The notes below the pieces were generated by a model that worked only from the letters and a program-made list of their open reading frames with translations, made no database searches and had not been told where the DNA came from. Made by a program: the position numbers and the translations under genes. A stretch of DNA of 64,000 bases. Source: Promethearchaeota archaeon (lineage in GTDB: Archaea; Asgardarchaeota; Lokiarchaeia; Sigyniarchaeales; SOKP01). Shown one piece after another: positions 41,302 through 51,033 of the stretch (its first letter is position 1; each line of letters opens with the position of its first letter). The stretch is from NCBI GenBank assembly GCA_019058245.1, contig JAHPZJ010000028.1:160403-224402 (forward strand), written 5' to 3'.

Positions 41302-41823
41302 TTGCCAAATGAAATTATTAATAAAATAGAGAGAGGAAAAAAAATGTGTCAAGAAAGTCATCATGGACATAATGCATTTGCTGGAAGTTTTCATTTCGGA
41401 CCTCGAGATGTAGCAAAGATGAAAAGAATGGCTAGACGCTTTATGGGAGGCTTTATGAGAAGTCATATCCCATATAATGTCGAAGATCTTGGAGATTCAT
41501 ATTTGATTACAGTCCCATTGGCAGGTCGTACAAAAGAAGATGTTAAAGTGTCTCTGATTAATAAAAATATTAATATCAAAGCAGAGAAACCGAAAATTCC
41601 TGAAAGAGAGAATCTAAAAGATGAGCCAAAGGAAAAACAATCAGCACAAGACTGGTATATGCCATTTTTCTGGAAAGGATATACATTTGTTGAAGTAAAT
41701 ATGGATATTCCTTTACCAGATGACGCTAATGCTGATACTCTTACTTCCAAAATGGCAAATGGACTTTTAAAGATATCAGTAGGAAAAAAACCAGCAAAAA
41801 ATATTGATATTAGTGTTAATTAA
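41302..41823 (+). CDS. Small heat-shock protein (Hsp20/alpha-crystallin)
   Basis: Y.ITVPLAGRTKEDVKV, IPLPDDA.....SKMANGLLKI, C-terminal IDI (IxI) motif. Confidence 0.88.
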   Translation: MPNEIINKIERGKKMCQESHHGHNAFAGSFHFGPRDVAKMKRMARRFMGGFMRSHIPYNVEDLGDSYLITVPLAGRTKEDVKVSLINKNINIKAEKPKIPERENLKDEPKEKQSAQDWYMPFFWKGYTFVEVNMDIPLPDDANADTLTSKMANGLLKISVGKKPAKNIDISVN

Positions 41824-41841
41824 TAAAAATATTTGAAATTC

Positions 41842-41921
41842 AAGGCGGAGCGCTTTAGAATTAAGTTAATAACTTTTCACGGGAGTGAACTTATAATTAA
41901 TAACTCTAAAGCACCCCACTT
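41842..41921. other. Long imperfect stem-loop downstream of hsp20 (terminator or structured RNA)
   Basis: GCTTTAGA/TCTAAAGC outer stem, TTCAC-GGGA-GTGAA inner stem-loop, followed by a T-tract. Confidence 0.6.
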
Positions 41922-42233
41922 AATAATATTTTTTTTTACTTTTTAATATATACTTCAATTTTTCTGTTTTTATTGATAGTAGTTATCACCTAGAATTTAA
42001 TATAGTATATTTTCTTGTTAAATTAATTAAATATATATCATAAATATGATAAGAATTTTATACAATAAAGCACGAAAAAATGACGATGTTGAATCTAGTT
42101 CTATAAATATAGTACTTCTGGTAATTTAATTTATTTTATTTGAAGCATTAGGTCTTGTATTTATTACTCAAATGTTTTTAAAGTCATTTTTACCTCAAAA
42201 TAAAAACAATAAAAAAAATATAATATAAGTACG

Positions 42234-43151
42234 TTATTCATTCTTACTTTGTCTTCGTATATATAGAAAATATGTTAGTATTAGAAAAATACTAGTGAAC
42301 ACTAACATACCTATAAGCGCAGTAGCTTCGGATGGGGTTATCCAATTGATGAATGTTGCAAATTCTTGTTCTTGGTTAGCACCACCAGAACCAAAGCTTG
42401 TAGGCATTCTAATCTCAGTATATCTAGGATTCGGCATATTCATACTCGCAGTTATGATACCTTCATAATAAGTAAGTATGTAGAGTGGTTCACTTTCTAC
42501 ACCGGCAAACCTCAATATCAAAGTAATCATATTGAACACAACCAGCAGAAAAAGTATGCTAACAATGATACTTATAGATGTACTTTTCATGATACTACTC
42601 ATTAATGTTACAAATGAAAATATCATGAATGAATATAATAACGCCCATCCTAATGACCCCCATATTACTATAGGTATTTCTTCATATTTTATGAAAGTCA
42701 TCGTACTGACTAAGATATAATAAATAATAACACAAATCGCATTTAAGCTATACCTTGAAATAACTCTGCCTACCAATAGTCGAGGTTTACTAATTTTGGG
42801 AAATAGTAAATTCCCTGTTTGTCTGTGAAAATCTTCAGCAATAATTGAACCTGCAAATCCCGCAGCGCTTAATATAACCAAAAATCCAAACATGGTGCCC
42901 AGGTATGATTGAATATATTCAATAGGATCTTCCGGTAAGGGTACATCTTGCATATATTGTAACTCACTAACTACTAGAAATATCGTAAAAACACCTATAA
43001 ATACAAGAAGCATAAGAATAAAGCTCTTAATGTTCCTCTTTAACTCAAAAGTTATAGTATCACCAATTTGAGTAAATTTTCTCCCTAATCCAACTTTTTG
43101 CTTTTCTCTTAACATTATTTCTGGTTTTATTTGTTCATTTTCTAATGCCAT
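42234..43151 (-). CDS. ABC-2 type exporter permease
   Basis: About six TM; GSIIAEDF..QTG.LLFPKI; downstream of an ABC ATPase. Confidence 0.85.
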   Translation of the reverse strand: MALENEQIKPEIMLREKQKVGLGRKFTQIGDTITFELKRNIKSFILMLLVFIGVFTIFLVVSELQYMQDVPLPEDPIEYIQSYLGTMFGFLVILSAAGFAGSIIAEDFHRQTGNLLFPKISKPRLLVGRVISRYSLNAICVIIYYILVSTMTFIKYEEIPIVIWGSLGWALLYSFMIFSFVTLMSSIMKSTSISIIVSILFLLVVFNMITLILRFAGVESEPLYILTYYEGIITASMNMPNPRYTEIRMPTSFGSGGANQEQEFATFINWITPSEATALIGMLVFTSIFLILTYFLYIRRQSKNE

Positions 43152-43154
43152 TAT

Positions 43155-44162
43155 TTATAAATCTCCCCTTTTTTCATTTTTCTTTGTTAATTCAATAAAC
43201 AAACTCTCAAGAAGACCTGCTTTAGGAACTGAATATTCTAAGATTTCATAACCGTTTTCAAGTAGAGTTCTTAGAATTTCAGTTTGATTCTTAGGATTTC
43301 CATTAAAAAATACCTGAAAAACCTTAGAATCGTTATTATAGTTAATCCAACTTTCTTCTTCTGATATTCCTGTTAATGGAACAATAATAGTCTTCAATTT
43401 ATTAATAGTTTCCTCAATATCACCATCTAGAGAATTAAATAACTCAAAATGGATGACACTTTTCATTGCCTTTCCTTCTAAATTATCTAATGTATCAAAT
43501 GCTATTAATTTCCCATTATGAATTATGGCAATTCTATCTGCCACCTCACTAATTTCATAGAGTAAATGACTGCTAAGAAAAACAGTTTTACCACTTTTTT
43601 TTAAATTGATAATAAAATCTCGAACTTCTTTCCTTGCTGTAGGGTCTAAACCTGTTTGAGGTTCATCTAAGATAATTATTTCAGGATCATGAATAATTGC
43701 AGAAACAATACCAATTTTTTGTTTCATTCCTTTGGAAAAAGTTCCAATCTTTTTGTCTTTCCATTCTAACATTCCAATCATTTCTAATACAGTATCTACC
43801 CTCTCGTTTATGTTTTTGCGGGGATACCCTTTTAATTTTGCAAAGTATTTCAAGATTTCCTTAGGGGTTACTTTCCCATAAAAGTAAGGAATTTCTATAA
43901 GGAACCCTATATTATCTAAAAGATAATCCTTATTCTTATTTGTTAATTTCTGAAGCTCACCATTAGCCCGTATTAAAACTTCACCGTCATTAGGCTTTAA
44001 TAAATTTGCCATCATTTTCATTGTAGTAGTCTTCCCAGCACCATTTGGTCCTAAGAAACCTACAATTTCACCTTGACGTATTACTAAATCAATACCTTTT
44101 ACAGCAAAAAAATCTCCAAATTTCTTGGTTAAATTTTTTAATTGTATTAAAACATTCTTCAC
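43155..44162 (-). CDS. ABC transporter ATP-binding protein
   Basis: GPNGAGKTT, FSKGMKQ, ILDEP..GLDP, SSH. Confidence 0.95.
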   Translation of the reverse strand: MKNVLIQLKNLTKKFGDFFAVKGIDLVIRQGEIVGFLGPNGAGKTTTMKMMANLLKPNDGEVLIRANGELQKLTNKNKDYLLDNIGFLIEIPYFYGKVTPKEILKYFAKLKGYPRKNINERVDTVLEMIGMLEWKDKKIGTFSKGMKQKIGIVSAIIHDPEIIILDEPQTGLDPTARKEVRDFIINLKKSGKTVFLSSHLLYEISEVADRIAIIHNGKLIAFDTLDNLEGKAMKSVIHFELFNSLDGDIEETINKLKTIIVPLTGISEEESWINYNNDSKVFQVFFNGNPKNQTEILRTLLENGYEILEYSVPKAGLLESLFIELTKKNEKRGDL

Positions 44163-44836
44163 TCTTTTTCACCATATTTCATATTTTTTATTGACTTTTT
44201 AACTAAATCAATAATTTTATCCTTCTGTAAATTTTCCATTTTCTTAATATCCTCAATAATTTCATTTAATTCTGCAGCGCTTTTCTTAAAATTTTTAATT
44301 CTATTTTCTATTTTTTGAAGCATTCCCTTCATCCATGATCTTAAGCCTCTAAAAAAATCAATAGCATCATCTTTACTTTCAAATTGGTTTATTTTTTCGA
44401 ATAACATCATTTTAATCACATCAGGGGGGCTTATTTCTGACATCATACTAAAAATATTTGCCCATTTCAATTTCAATTCTTCTATTACTTTTTTTCCTAA
44501 CTCTGTGATTAAATAAAATTTATTCGCGCGTCCATCAATTATATTCTCTTTAGATTTCAAATACTTTTTTTCTTCTAAATCCTGAAGAGTTCTTATAAGA
44601 GTACCCCTTGGAAAATTATACTTTTCCTGCAATTGATAACCTGTTATACCCATTGGATACTCTGAAATTATCAGTAAAACAATAAAATTCCTTATTTCTT
44701 GAAATGATTCTCGTCCTATGGGTAAAGGAGGTTTGAAATTTCTGGGGGAATATGATGACTTTAAACCAAAAAAAGGGAACCCTCCAAATGGAGGTGGTGG
44801 AGGAGGTTCATTATGATCTGGTGGTCCTTGTCCCAT
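44159..44836 (-). CDS. PadR-family regulator with Pro-rich N-terminus; start uncertain (44836 preferred over 44983)
   Basis: GITGYQL..RGTLIRTL..LE..YL, GR..KFY.ITELG; overlaps the ABC ATPase start. Confidence 0.8.
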   Translation of the reverse strand: MGQGPPDHNEPPPPPPFGGFPFFGLKSSYSPRNFKPPLPIGRESFQEIRNFIVLLIISEYPMGITGYQLQEKYNFPRGTLIRTLQDLEEKKYLKSKENIIDGRANKFYLITELGKKVIEELKLKWANIFSMMSEISPPDVIKMMLFEKINQFESKDDAIDFFRGLRSWMKGMLQKIENRIKNFKKSAAELNEIIEDIKKMENLQKDKIIDLVKKSIKNMKYGEKE

Positions 44837-44964
44837 GTATCTATGCTGCTTAATATCAAACCTAAATTGACCTATATCTCTTTTAAACACTGTCTTTATC
44901 ACCGATATTTTAGTAAATGGAAAAAAAAATATATTAATTATTTTATAATATTCTTCATATAAAA

Positions 44965-45030
44965 ATGTACCCATTTTGGACATATGTCAAGCATTTGATT
45001 TTAATGTTTTTATATATGACCAATCTGGAC
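44965..45030. promoter_or_regulatory. Candidate operator repeats between the divergent ABC operons
   Basis: ATGTACCCATTTTGGACAT (44965-44983) and ATGACCAATCTGGAC (45016-45030) share a CCA-Nn-TGGAC dyad. Confidence 0.35.
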
Positions 45031-45281
45031 TTTCTGTATACCCAAATTAAAGACATTCTACTATTATAGAATATAAAACTTTATATTATGATCATTAATA
45101 AAATGCTTAATAAATATTGAAATCAAATACATAAAATTTTGAATTTTTATAGAGTATTTTTAAAAAAGAAGAGAATTATGTGAAAGTTGCTCAAAAACTG
45201 GACTACATAAATTAAATATTGAAAAAAAAAATCTTAAACAAAAAAATATTTTAAAAATTTACCTAAAGTATCTATAAAATA

Positions 45282-46325
45282 ATGTCAGAAGTAGTATTGA
45301 AATTTGAAAAATTGACTAAAAAGTTTGGAAACTTTACAGCGGTAAATGGAATAAATTTAGAAGTTCATAGAGGTGAAACTATTGGATTAGTTGGTCCTAA
45401 TGGTGCTGGAAAAACTACAACCATAAAAATGATTGCAAAAATCTTAAGACCAAATTCAGGAAGAATCTTAATAAGAACAGATCAGAGTGATTTAGAAGAT
45501 TTACAAAAGGTATCGAGAACAACCAATCAAATAGGATTTTTAATAGATATTCCTGCATTTTATAACATGACCGCTTATCAACTTCTCAGATATTTTGCAA
45601 ATCTCCATAATTATCCTAAAGATCAGATAGATAAAAGAATCAATGAATTATTAGAGCTTTTTAAGCTAACTGAATGGAAACATGAAAAAGTTAAAAATTT
45701 CTCAAAAGGTATGACACAGAAACTAGGAATTATCCAAGCATTAATCCATAATCCAGAAATTATCATATTAGATGAACCACAGACAGGTTTAGATCCCTTA
45801 GCTCGTGTTGAAATAAGAAGATACATTCGTGAGCTCCAATCTCTCGGAAAAACAGTATTTGTAGCTTCTCATATGTTATATGAAATTTCTGAAGTATGTG
45901 ATAAAATTGCTTTAATTAATTATGGTTCAATAATTGGATTTGACACTGTAGAAAATTTAGCCCATATCTTAAAGACTAGTGAATTGAATTGTGTATTACT
46001 TGAACCTCTTAAACCAAGTGAATTAGAATCATTATTAAAGAAATTAACTGAAAAACTTCATCCATATTTAGATCATGATTTAGATCCTAAGATCTCGATG
46101 ATCCCAATTAAATATTTTCCTGAACAACAAGGATTAAAAATTTTCTATGATGGACAAAATAAATCAAAAGGAGAAATTTTAAAGATCCTGATAAAAGAAT
46201 TTGAAAATGATTTTACCGTGATATCATTTACTCAGCCAAAAACATCTCAATTGGAAAGAGTATATACGGAGATGGTAAAAAATAATAAATTAAACAATGG
46301 AGTTGTAAGGAAAAATGGAAATTAG
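45282..46325 (+). CDS. ABC transporter ATP-binding protein (paralog of 43155..44162)
   Basis: GPNGAGKTT, FSKGMTQ, ILDEPQTGLDP, SH. Confidence 0.95.
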   Translation: MSEVVLKFEKLTKKFGNFTAVNGINLEVHRGETIGLVGPNGAGKTTTIKMIAKILRPNSGRILIRTDQSDLEDLQKVSRTTNQIGFLIDIPAFYNMTAYQLLRYFANLHNYPKDQIDKRINELLELFKLTEWKHEKVKNFSKGMTQKLGIIQALIHNPEIIILDEPQTGLDPLARVEIRRYIRELQSLGKTVFVASHMLYEISEVCDKIALINYGSIIGFDTVENLAHILKTSELNCVLLEPLKPSELESLLKKLTEKLHPYLDHDLDPKISMIPIKYFPEQQGLKIFYDGQNKSKGEILKILIKEFENDFTVISFTQPKTSQLERVYTEMVKNNKLNNGVVRKNGN

Positions 46326-47169
46326 AAAAGATTACTACACTGGACTAAAACCTGTACTTTATACTATTGTCTTTGAAGTGAAAAAACAAAAAAAGAAGTT
46401 TTATGTCTTTGTTGGAATTACAATCCTAATTGCTTTTTTGGTAGGCTATGTTTTGATGTCAATTCCAAATAATCTTCTCCCTGACACACAACTAGATTTT
46501 TTTATAAATGGTTTAGGATTTATTTTATATTTAACGTTATTTGCTGCCTGTTTGTTTTTCTCAGGAATAATATGCTCTGAATATAGTAAAAAAACGGGAT
46601 TTATTGTTTTTCCTAAAATAAATAAATATAAGTTAATTTTGGGAAAATATTTTGGAAATCTGACATTAGTTGTAGCAATTATAACTATTTATTACTTATT
46701 ACTTGCACTTTTAGGATTTTATTATTATGGAGGTCCAATTAATACTCTTTTATTTTCTTCATACGCTATCGCAATATTATACGTAATTGCATTAAGTAGC
46801 TTCGTAACGTTTTTTAGTTCATTCATGAGAAGTGTTGTTGTGACAATTATCGTTACTTTTCTTATTCTTTTTATAGGTTTTAATATCGCAGATGGGATTG
46901 TTCTATTAGTACTCGGGGATAAATTTGAACCATTATATTCTCTATCGTATTTAGGAACTCTCATAACAGGAATACTTCATAGTCCATTCCCAGATCCTAG
47001 ATATGTTGAATTCACACTCGGTGGCGGGGATGGCGCATTTGGAGGAAGAGAGTTTACAATTGGTCAATGGATAACACCTTCTATAGGGATGGGAATCACT
47101 TTGCTACTTATATACATTATAGGTTTCTTTTTATTAGCAGCAATTCTATTTAAAAGGAGGCAATTGTAG
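46315..47169 (+). CDS. ABC-2 type exporter permease (paralog of 42234..43151)
   Basis: SGIICSEY..KTG..VFPKI, EPLY.L.Y, P.PRY.E, WITPS shared with the paralog. Confidence 0.85.
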   Translation: MEIRKDYYTGLKPVLYTIVFEVKKQKKKFYVFVGITILIAFLVGYVLMSIPNNLLPDTQLDFFINGLGFILYLTLFAACLFFSGIICSEYSKKTGFIVFPKINKYKLILGKYFGNLTLVVAIITIYYLLLALLGFYYYGGPINTLLFSSYAIAILYVIALSSFVTFFSSFMRSVVVTIIVTFLILFIGFNIADGIVLLVLGDKFEPLYSLSYLGTLITGILHSPFPDPRYVEFTLGGGDGAFGGREFTIGQWITPSIGMGITLLLIYIIGFFLLAAILFKRRQL

Positions 47170-47171
47170 AA

Positions 47172-48140
47172 ATGAAGCAAATCATACATAAAACCAAGAT
47201 TAGTTTACTGAGTTTATCTCTTCTTGCATTAATTATATTTGGATTGCTTTCTACAACAGTATCTGCTAGTATAAATTATCAAACATCTTTAATGAAGGGA
47301 ACAGAAATTTTTACAGTAAATCAATATGATGATAATAGATGGAAAAATACAGTTAATTCGGTTACTAATCCCAGCGACTGGTTTGAGGGGAATACCAACA
47401 TCACAGGTGCTAAGAGTAAGGCAACAATTAAAGGTTGGAACAGTGTCGAATGGAAAACCTATGACGTCTTGTTGAATTTATTTATGCTACCATACTTTAG
47501 TATCGAGGAAATTGCAGGGCTCTTAGGAATATTGAAAACATTTGGATATAATGAAACTACGATTAATGATAATTATCCAAATTCTTATAATCTATGGTAT
47601 GGTTTGCGTTCAGTCTGGAATTTTACTATTGCAGATTTTGAGAACTCACCAAGCTATAATGATGGAGTAAAAGTATTGCGGAATCCTCTAAAATTTAAAA
47701 CTATTTTAGACGACTATAATGATTTAGCGACAGAGCTTAATCAGATAATAACTCTTCAACTTGCAGGATATAATTTTCCACTTCTTAATGCGGATGAATT
47801 TCTTTGGCAACTTGTCTTCAGTGGATTAGCAATTGCAAAACCACAATCAGAATATTTAGCGGATTTAGTAAATGAATTGGGTTGTGAAAATGTTACAGTC
47901 AGAGGATCAACCATCACTTTTAATCGTCATGGAGAGACTGATTACACTGCGATAGTTTCATATGGTGAAAAAGGAACAAGGTCTTCATTTTCAGTAAAAG
48001 ATGACAATGAAAATACAATATTCAAAATTGAAAGTTCAAACTCAGAGTGGATATTTTACACAATTTTAATTATTATAGCAATTTGCTGTGTTATATTGGT
48101 TGCTTATTTTATTATTAAAAAAAGAAAACCAAAATTGTAA
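47172..48140 (+). CDS. Hypothetical secreted protein with C-terminal membrane anchor
   Basis: Signal peptide (..TVSA), C-terminal TM followed by KKRKPK; 2 nt after the permease. Confidence 0.75.
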   Translation: MKQIIHKTKISLLSLSLLALIIFGLLSTTVSASINYQTSLMKGTEIFTVNQYDDNRWKNTVNSVTNPSDWFEGNTNITGAKSKATIKGWNSVEWKTYDVLLNLFMLPYFSIEEIAGLLGILKTFGYNETTINDNYPNSYNLWYGLRSVWNFTIADFENSPSYNDGVKVLRNPLKFKTILDDYNDLATELNQIITLQLAGYNFPLLNADEFLWQLVFSGLAIAKPQSEYLADLVNELGCENVTVRGSTITFNRHGETDYTAIVSYGEKGTRSSFSVKDDNENTIFKIESSNSEWIFYTILIIIAICCVILVAYFIIKKRKPKL

Positions 48141-48512
48141 ATTCTATTTTTTTTAATAATTCTATTTTTCAAATCTTTAACAACAAAAATGATTAATAAC
48201 TTGATATAATCTATTAAGGTTAATTACGAGAAGCTAATAGAGTTAAGATTCCAGAAATTTTCATTTAACAAGTTGAATATTATTGGCAAAAGAGAAGTGT
48301 ATCTTAAAGTATTTAATAAAAAGGAAGATGATATCATAATTAAAGTGAATTTTGAAACAGAAAATGATTAGTCTTTAGAAAAATTTAAGGTACCTTTAAA
48401 ATACTAAGTCAGATGTCAGAAATTTTTTGATTAATCACGAATAGAAAATTATTTAAATAACTTAAGTTAAAAAAAATATACTCCTAAATATTATAAAATG
48501 GAGTAGAAAAAT

Positions 48513-50315
48513 TTGAAGAGAAATGATAAGAGATTAATTCTTTTTTTAATTAGTGCCGCTTTCATCATTGGATTCATTCCGCAAACGTTCGTATCAGCCA
48601 ATTACGAATTTTATTTCGCAGAAAACGACGATTCTTGGATCATGAATACTCTTGAACAAAGAGGATTAGATTCCAATATTATTGAAGATATGTATGTCAA
48701 CATAAGTAATAACTACTTGCTTTTTCATAGTATTTTAATATCACGAGATGGCTACATAATTCATGACGAATACCTTGAGGATTTTAAACCATCTGGAAAA
48801 AATAGCTATGATTTGGTTAATGATCCTTATTTACAGCAAATTCACGAAGATAGACATGCAATATGGAGTATAACAAAATCAGTTACTTCCTTACTCGTTG
48901 GAATAGCTATTGACAACGGACATATCAATAGTGTATCTCAAAAATTATTTGATATCTTTCCAGATAAATGGGACCCTTCATTTGGAAATGAAACAAAGAA
49001 AGACATTACTATAGAGCATCTTCTCACGATGTCATCAGGACTACAATGGAATGAAGAACAGGATGCATTTGTTGATTGGGGACCTAATGGTTATACATTG
49101 ACTTATATTCTTAATAAGACGCTTGTTCACGAGCCTGGCACTACATTTGAATATTCTACAGGTAGTATGGACCTCTTAGCGTCAATTCTACAAAATAAAA
49201 CAAATATGAAATTAGCGGATTATGCGCAACAATATTTATTTGATCCAATTGGAATTAATTCTAGTGATGTTGAATGGTTAGAAGGTAATTGGGAATGGGG
49301 AAGTGGTTCTCTTCCTAATATATCTCATGGAGGTTTTGGAATTTATATTACGCCTAGAGCCTTGACGCGCATTGGAGAATTATGCTTGAATATGGGAAAT
49401 TGGAACGGTACGCAAGTTATTTCTGAAGATTGGATACAAAAAGCATCAACTACTCATATTATTCCAGCGGACACGGAATCAGGTATAAGTTATGGGTATT
49501 TGTTTTGGATACGAGACAATTTTTACTCTGGTGTAGGGGCTTTTGGACAACAACTTTCAATCATTCCAGATCTTGACATGGTAGTTACCTTTACTTCTAA
49601 TTTCTACCCAGATGCACTACCACCATATCCTAGCAATATGATTAATTATTATATTATCCCCGCGGCTCTAGCAGAGAATTTGACAATAGCACGTCCAAGA
49701 GATAATGAAGGATTTAGGACAATTTCACCGGATTTCATGATATATGCAGAAAAACCATTTCGAGATACCGCATGGTATTCATTAAATGGTGGTACTAACA
49801 CCACATTTACCAATAATAGTGGTTATATTAATCAAAGTCAATGGGATGCATTAGATACAGGTAATTATTCCCTATCGTTTTATGCTAATAGTGCTGATGG
49901 AAAAACAACATCCAATAAGATACACGTTATAAAAGATATAGATAATCCTGTAATAACAATACAATTTGCGGGTACTAAATTCGGGTCAAAAGCTCCAGAT
50001 TTTTCTGTAAATATTACAGAAGATTTTTTGACAGATACATGGTATACAATAGACAATGGAATAACAAATAATACTTTCTCAGGATTATCTGATACAATCA
50101 ATCAAACTCAATGGGATAGTGCGCCTGAAGGAGATGTAACTGTTGCTGTATATGCTCTAGACATTGCAGGGAATATAGGTTCAGACCAAGCTATAATACG
50201 AAAAGTTTTACCCTCGGTGATTTCAGGATATAATCTTCTCCTACTTACAGGGTTTATATCGATTACTGCAACCATTATTACTCGAAAAATAAAAATAAGA
50301 TCAAAACACAAATAG
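48513..50315 (+). CDS. Beta-lactamase-like serine hydrolase with two Ig-like repeats and Loki-CTERM-like tail
   Basis: SITK (SxxK), ITIEHLLTMSSGL, PGTTFEYS, YGYLFW; repeated WY.(L/I)..G...TF...INQ.QWD; ISGY-TM-basic tail. Confidence 0.85.
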   Translation: MKRNDKRLILFLISAAFIIGFIPQTFVSANYEFYFAENDDSWIMNTLEQRGLDSNIIEDMYVNISNNYLLFHSILISRDGYIIHDEYLEDFKPSGKNSYDLVNDPYLQQIHEDRHAIWSITKSVTSLLVGIAIDNGHINSVSQKLFDIFPDKWDPSFGNETKKDITIEHLLTMSSGLQWNEEQDAFVDWGPNGYTLTYILNKTLVHEPGTTFEYSTGSMDLLASILQNKTNMKLADYAQQYLFDPIGINSSDVEWLEGNWEWGSGSLPNISHGGFGIYITPRALTRIGELCLNMGNWNGTQVISEDWIQKASTTHIIPADTESGISYGYLFWIRDNFYSGVGAFGQQLSIIPDLDMVVTFTSNFYPDALPPYPSNMINYYIIPAALAENLTIARPRDNEGFRTISPDFMIYAEKPFRDTAWYSLNGGTNTTFTNNSGYINQSQWDALDTGNYSLSFYANSADGKTTSNKIHVIKDIDNPVITIQFAGTKFGSKAPDFSVNITEDFLTDTWYTIDNGITNNTFSGLSDTINQTQWDSAPEGDVTVAVYALDIAGNIGSDQAIIRKVLPSVISGYNLLLLTGFISITATIITRKIKIRSKHK

Positions 50316-50809
50316 TCTTTATTTTTTTTTTTTTAGTTCTTATATTCTTTATAATCATCTAAAAAGTGAATTATAAAATTAACACTAATCGAACTATATC
50401 TTTCGTATTAATAGTCTGCTTATTGATGGAATTTTCTAAATATAATATTATTTTTCGTATTTGGAACATTATAAATTTGAAATATTAATAAATTTTGAGA
50501 ATTATTATCTCCACTCTGTTTAGAGAATTAATAATTAACTATTGATTTTTAATTATTATTGCTACTTGTTAAGTTGTATTAGTTGTTTATGTTATTATTA
50601 AGAAAAGGAAGCTAAAAATGCATTCCTCAATTTTTTTATCCAAATCTCTTTATTTTTCAAAAAATTTTTTGTTAATAATCTTAACATTAATACATTGAAT
50701 TCTTAGATGTATTATGGTCGTATTATACTGATATATTATCTTATCAAATTTTGTAAATTATAACAAAAACAATAAGTTTTAAATAATAAAAGGGGTTTTA
50801 TAAAAGAAA

Positions 50810-50971
50810 ATGAAATTAATAACATGTCATATTCCTGAAGCTTATCTTTCCGGAATAGAAGAACTTGTTAATATGAACTTATATCCAAATCGTTCTGAAG
50901 TTATTCGCGTTGCAATACGTGATTTACTTAAAACTGAACTCAGTACGCTATTGAGAAAAGAATCAAAATAA
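50810..50971 (+). CDS. 53-aa ribbon-helix-helix regulator (CopG/CdrS-like); below the ORF-track length cutoff
   Basis: MKLITCHIPEAYLSGIEELVNMNLYPNRSEVIRVAIRDLLKTELSTLLRKESK*, followed by a T-tract. Confidence 0.9.
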   Translation: MKLITCHIPEAYLSGIEELVNMNLYPNRSEVIRVAIRDLLKTELSTLLRKESK

Positions 50972-51002
50972 TTTTTTTTTCTCTCCTTTCTTTTTAATTT
51001 TT
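50972..51002 (+). terminator. Oligo-T archaeal terminator
   Basis: tttttttttctctcctttctttttaattttt directly after the stop codon. Confidence 0.5.
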
Positions 51003-51033
51003 AAGATCCAATGAGAAATAATTATTCAAATTA

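Noticed and set aside
41842-41921. Hairpin as a SECIS element (Lokiarchaeota use 3'-UTR SECIS)
   Set aside because: No AUGA/GA core and no in-frame TGA in the adjacent genes
44786-44806. Polyproline run in PadR as a profilin ligand
   Set aside because: It lies 17 kb from profilin in a transcription factor; nothing links them beyond coincidence
48220-48371. Possible frameshifted AbrB-like remnant (LREANRVKIPEIFI / NKLNIIGKREVYLKV)
   Set aside because: Needs a frameshift, has no clear start, and the similarity is too weak to support
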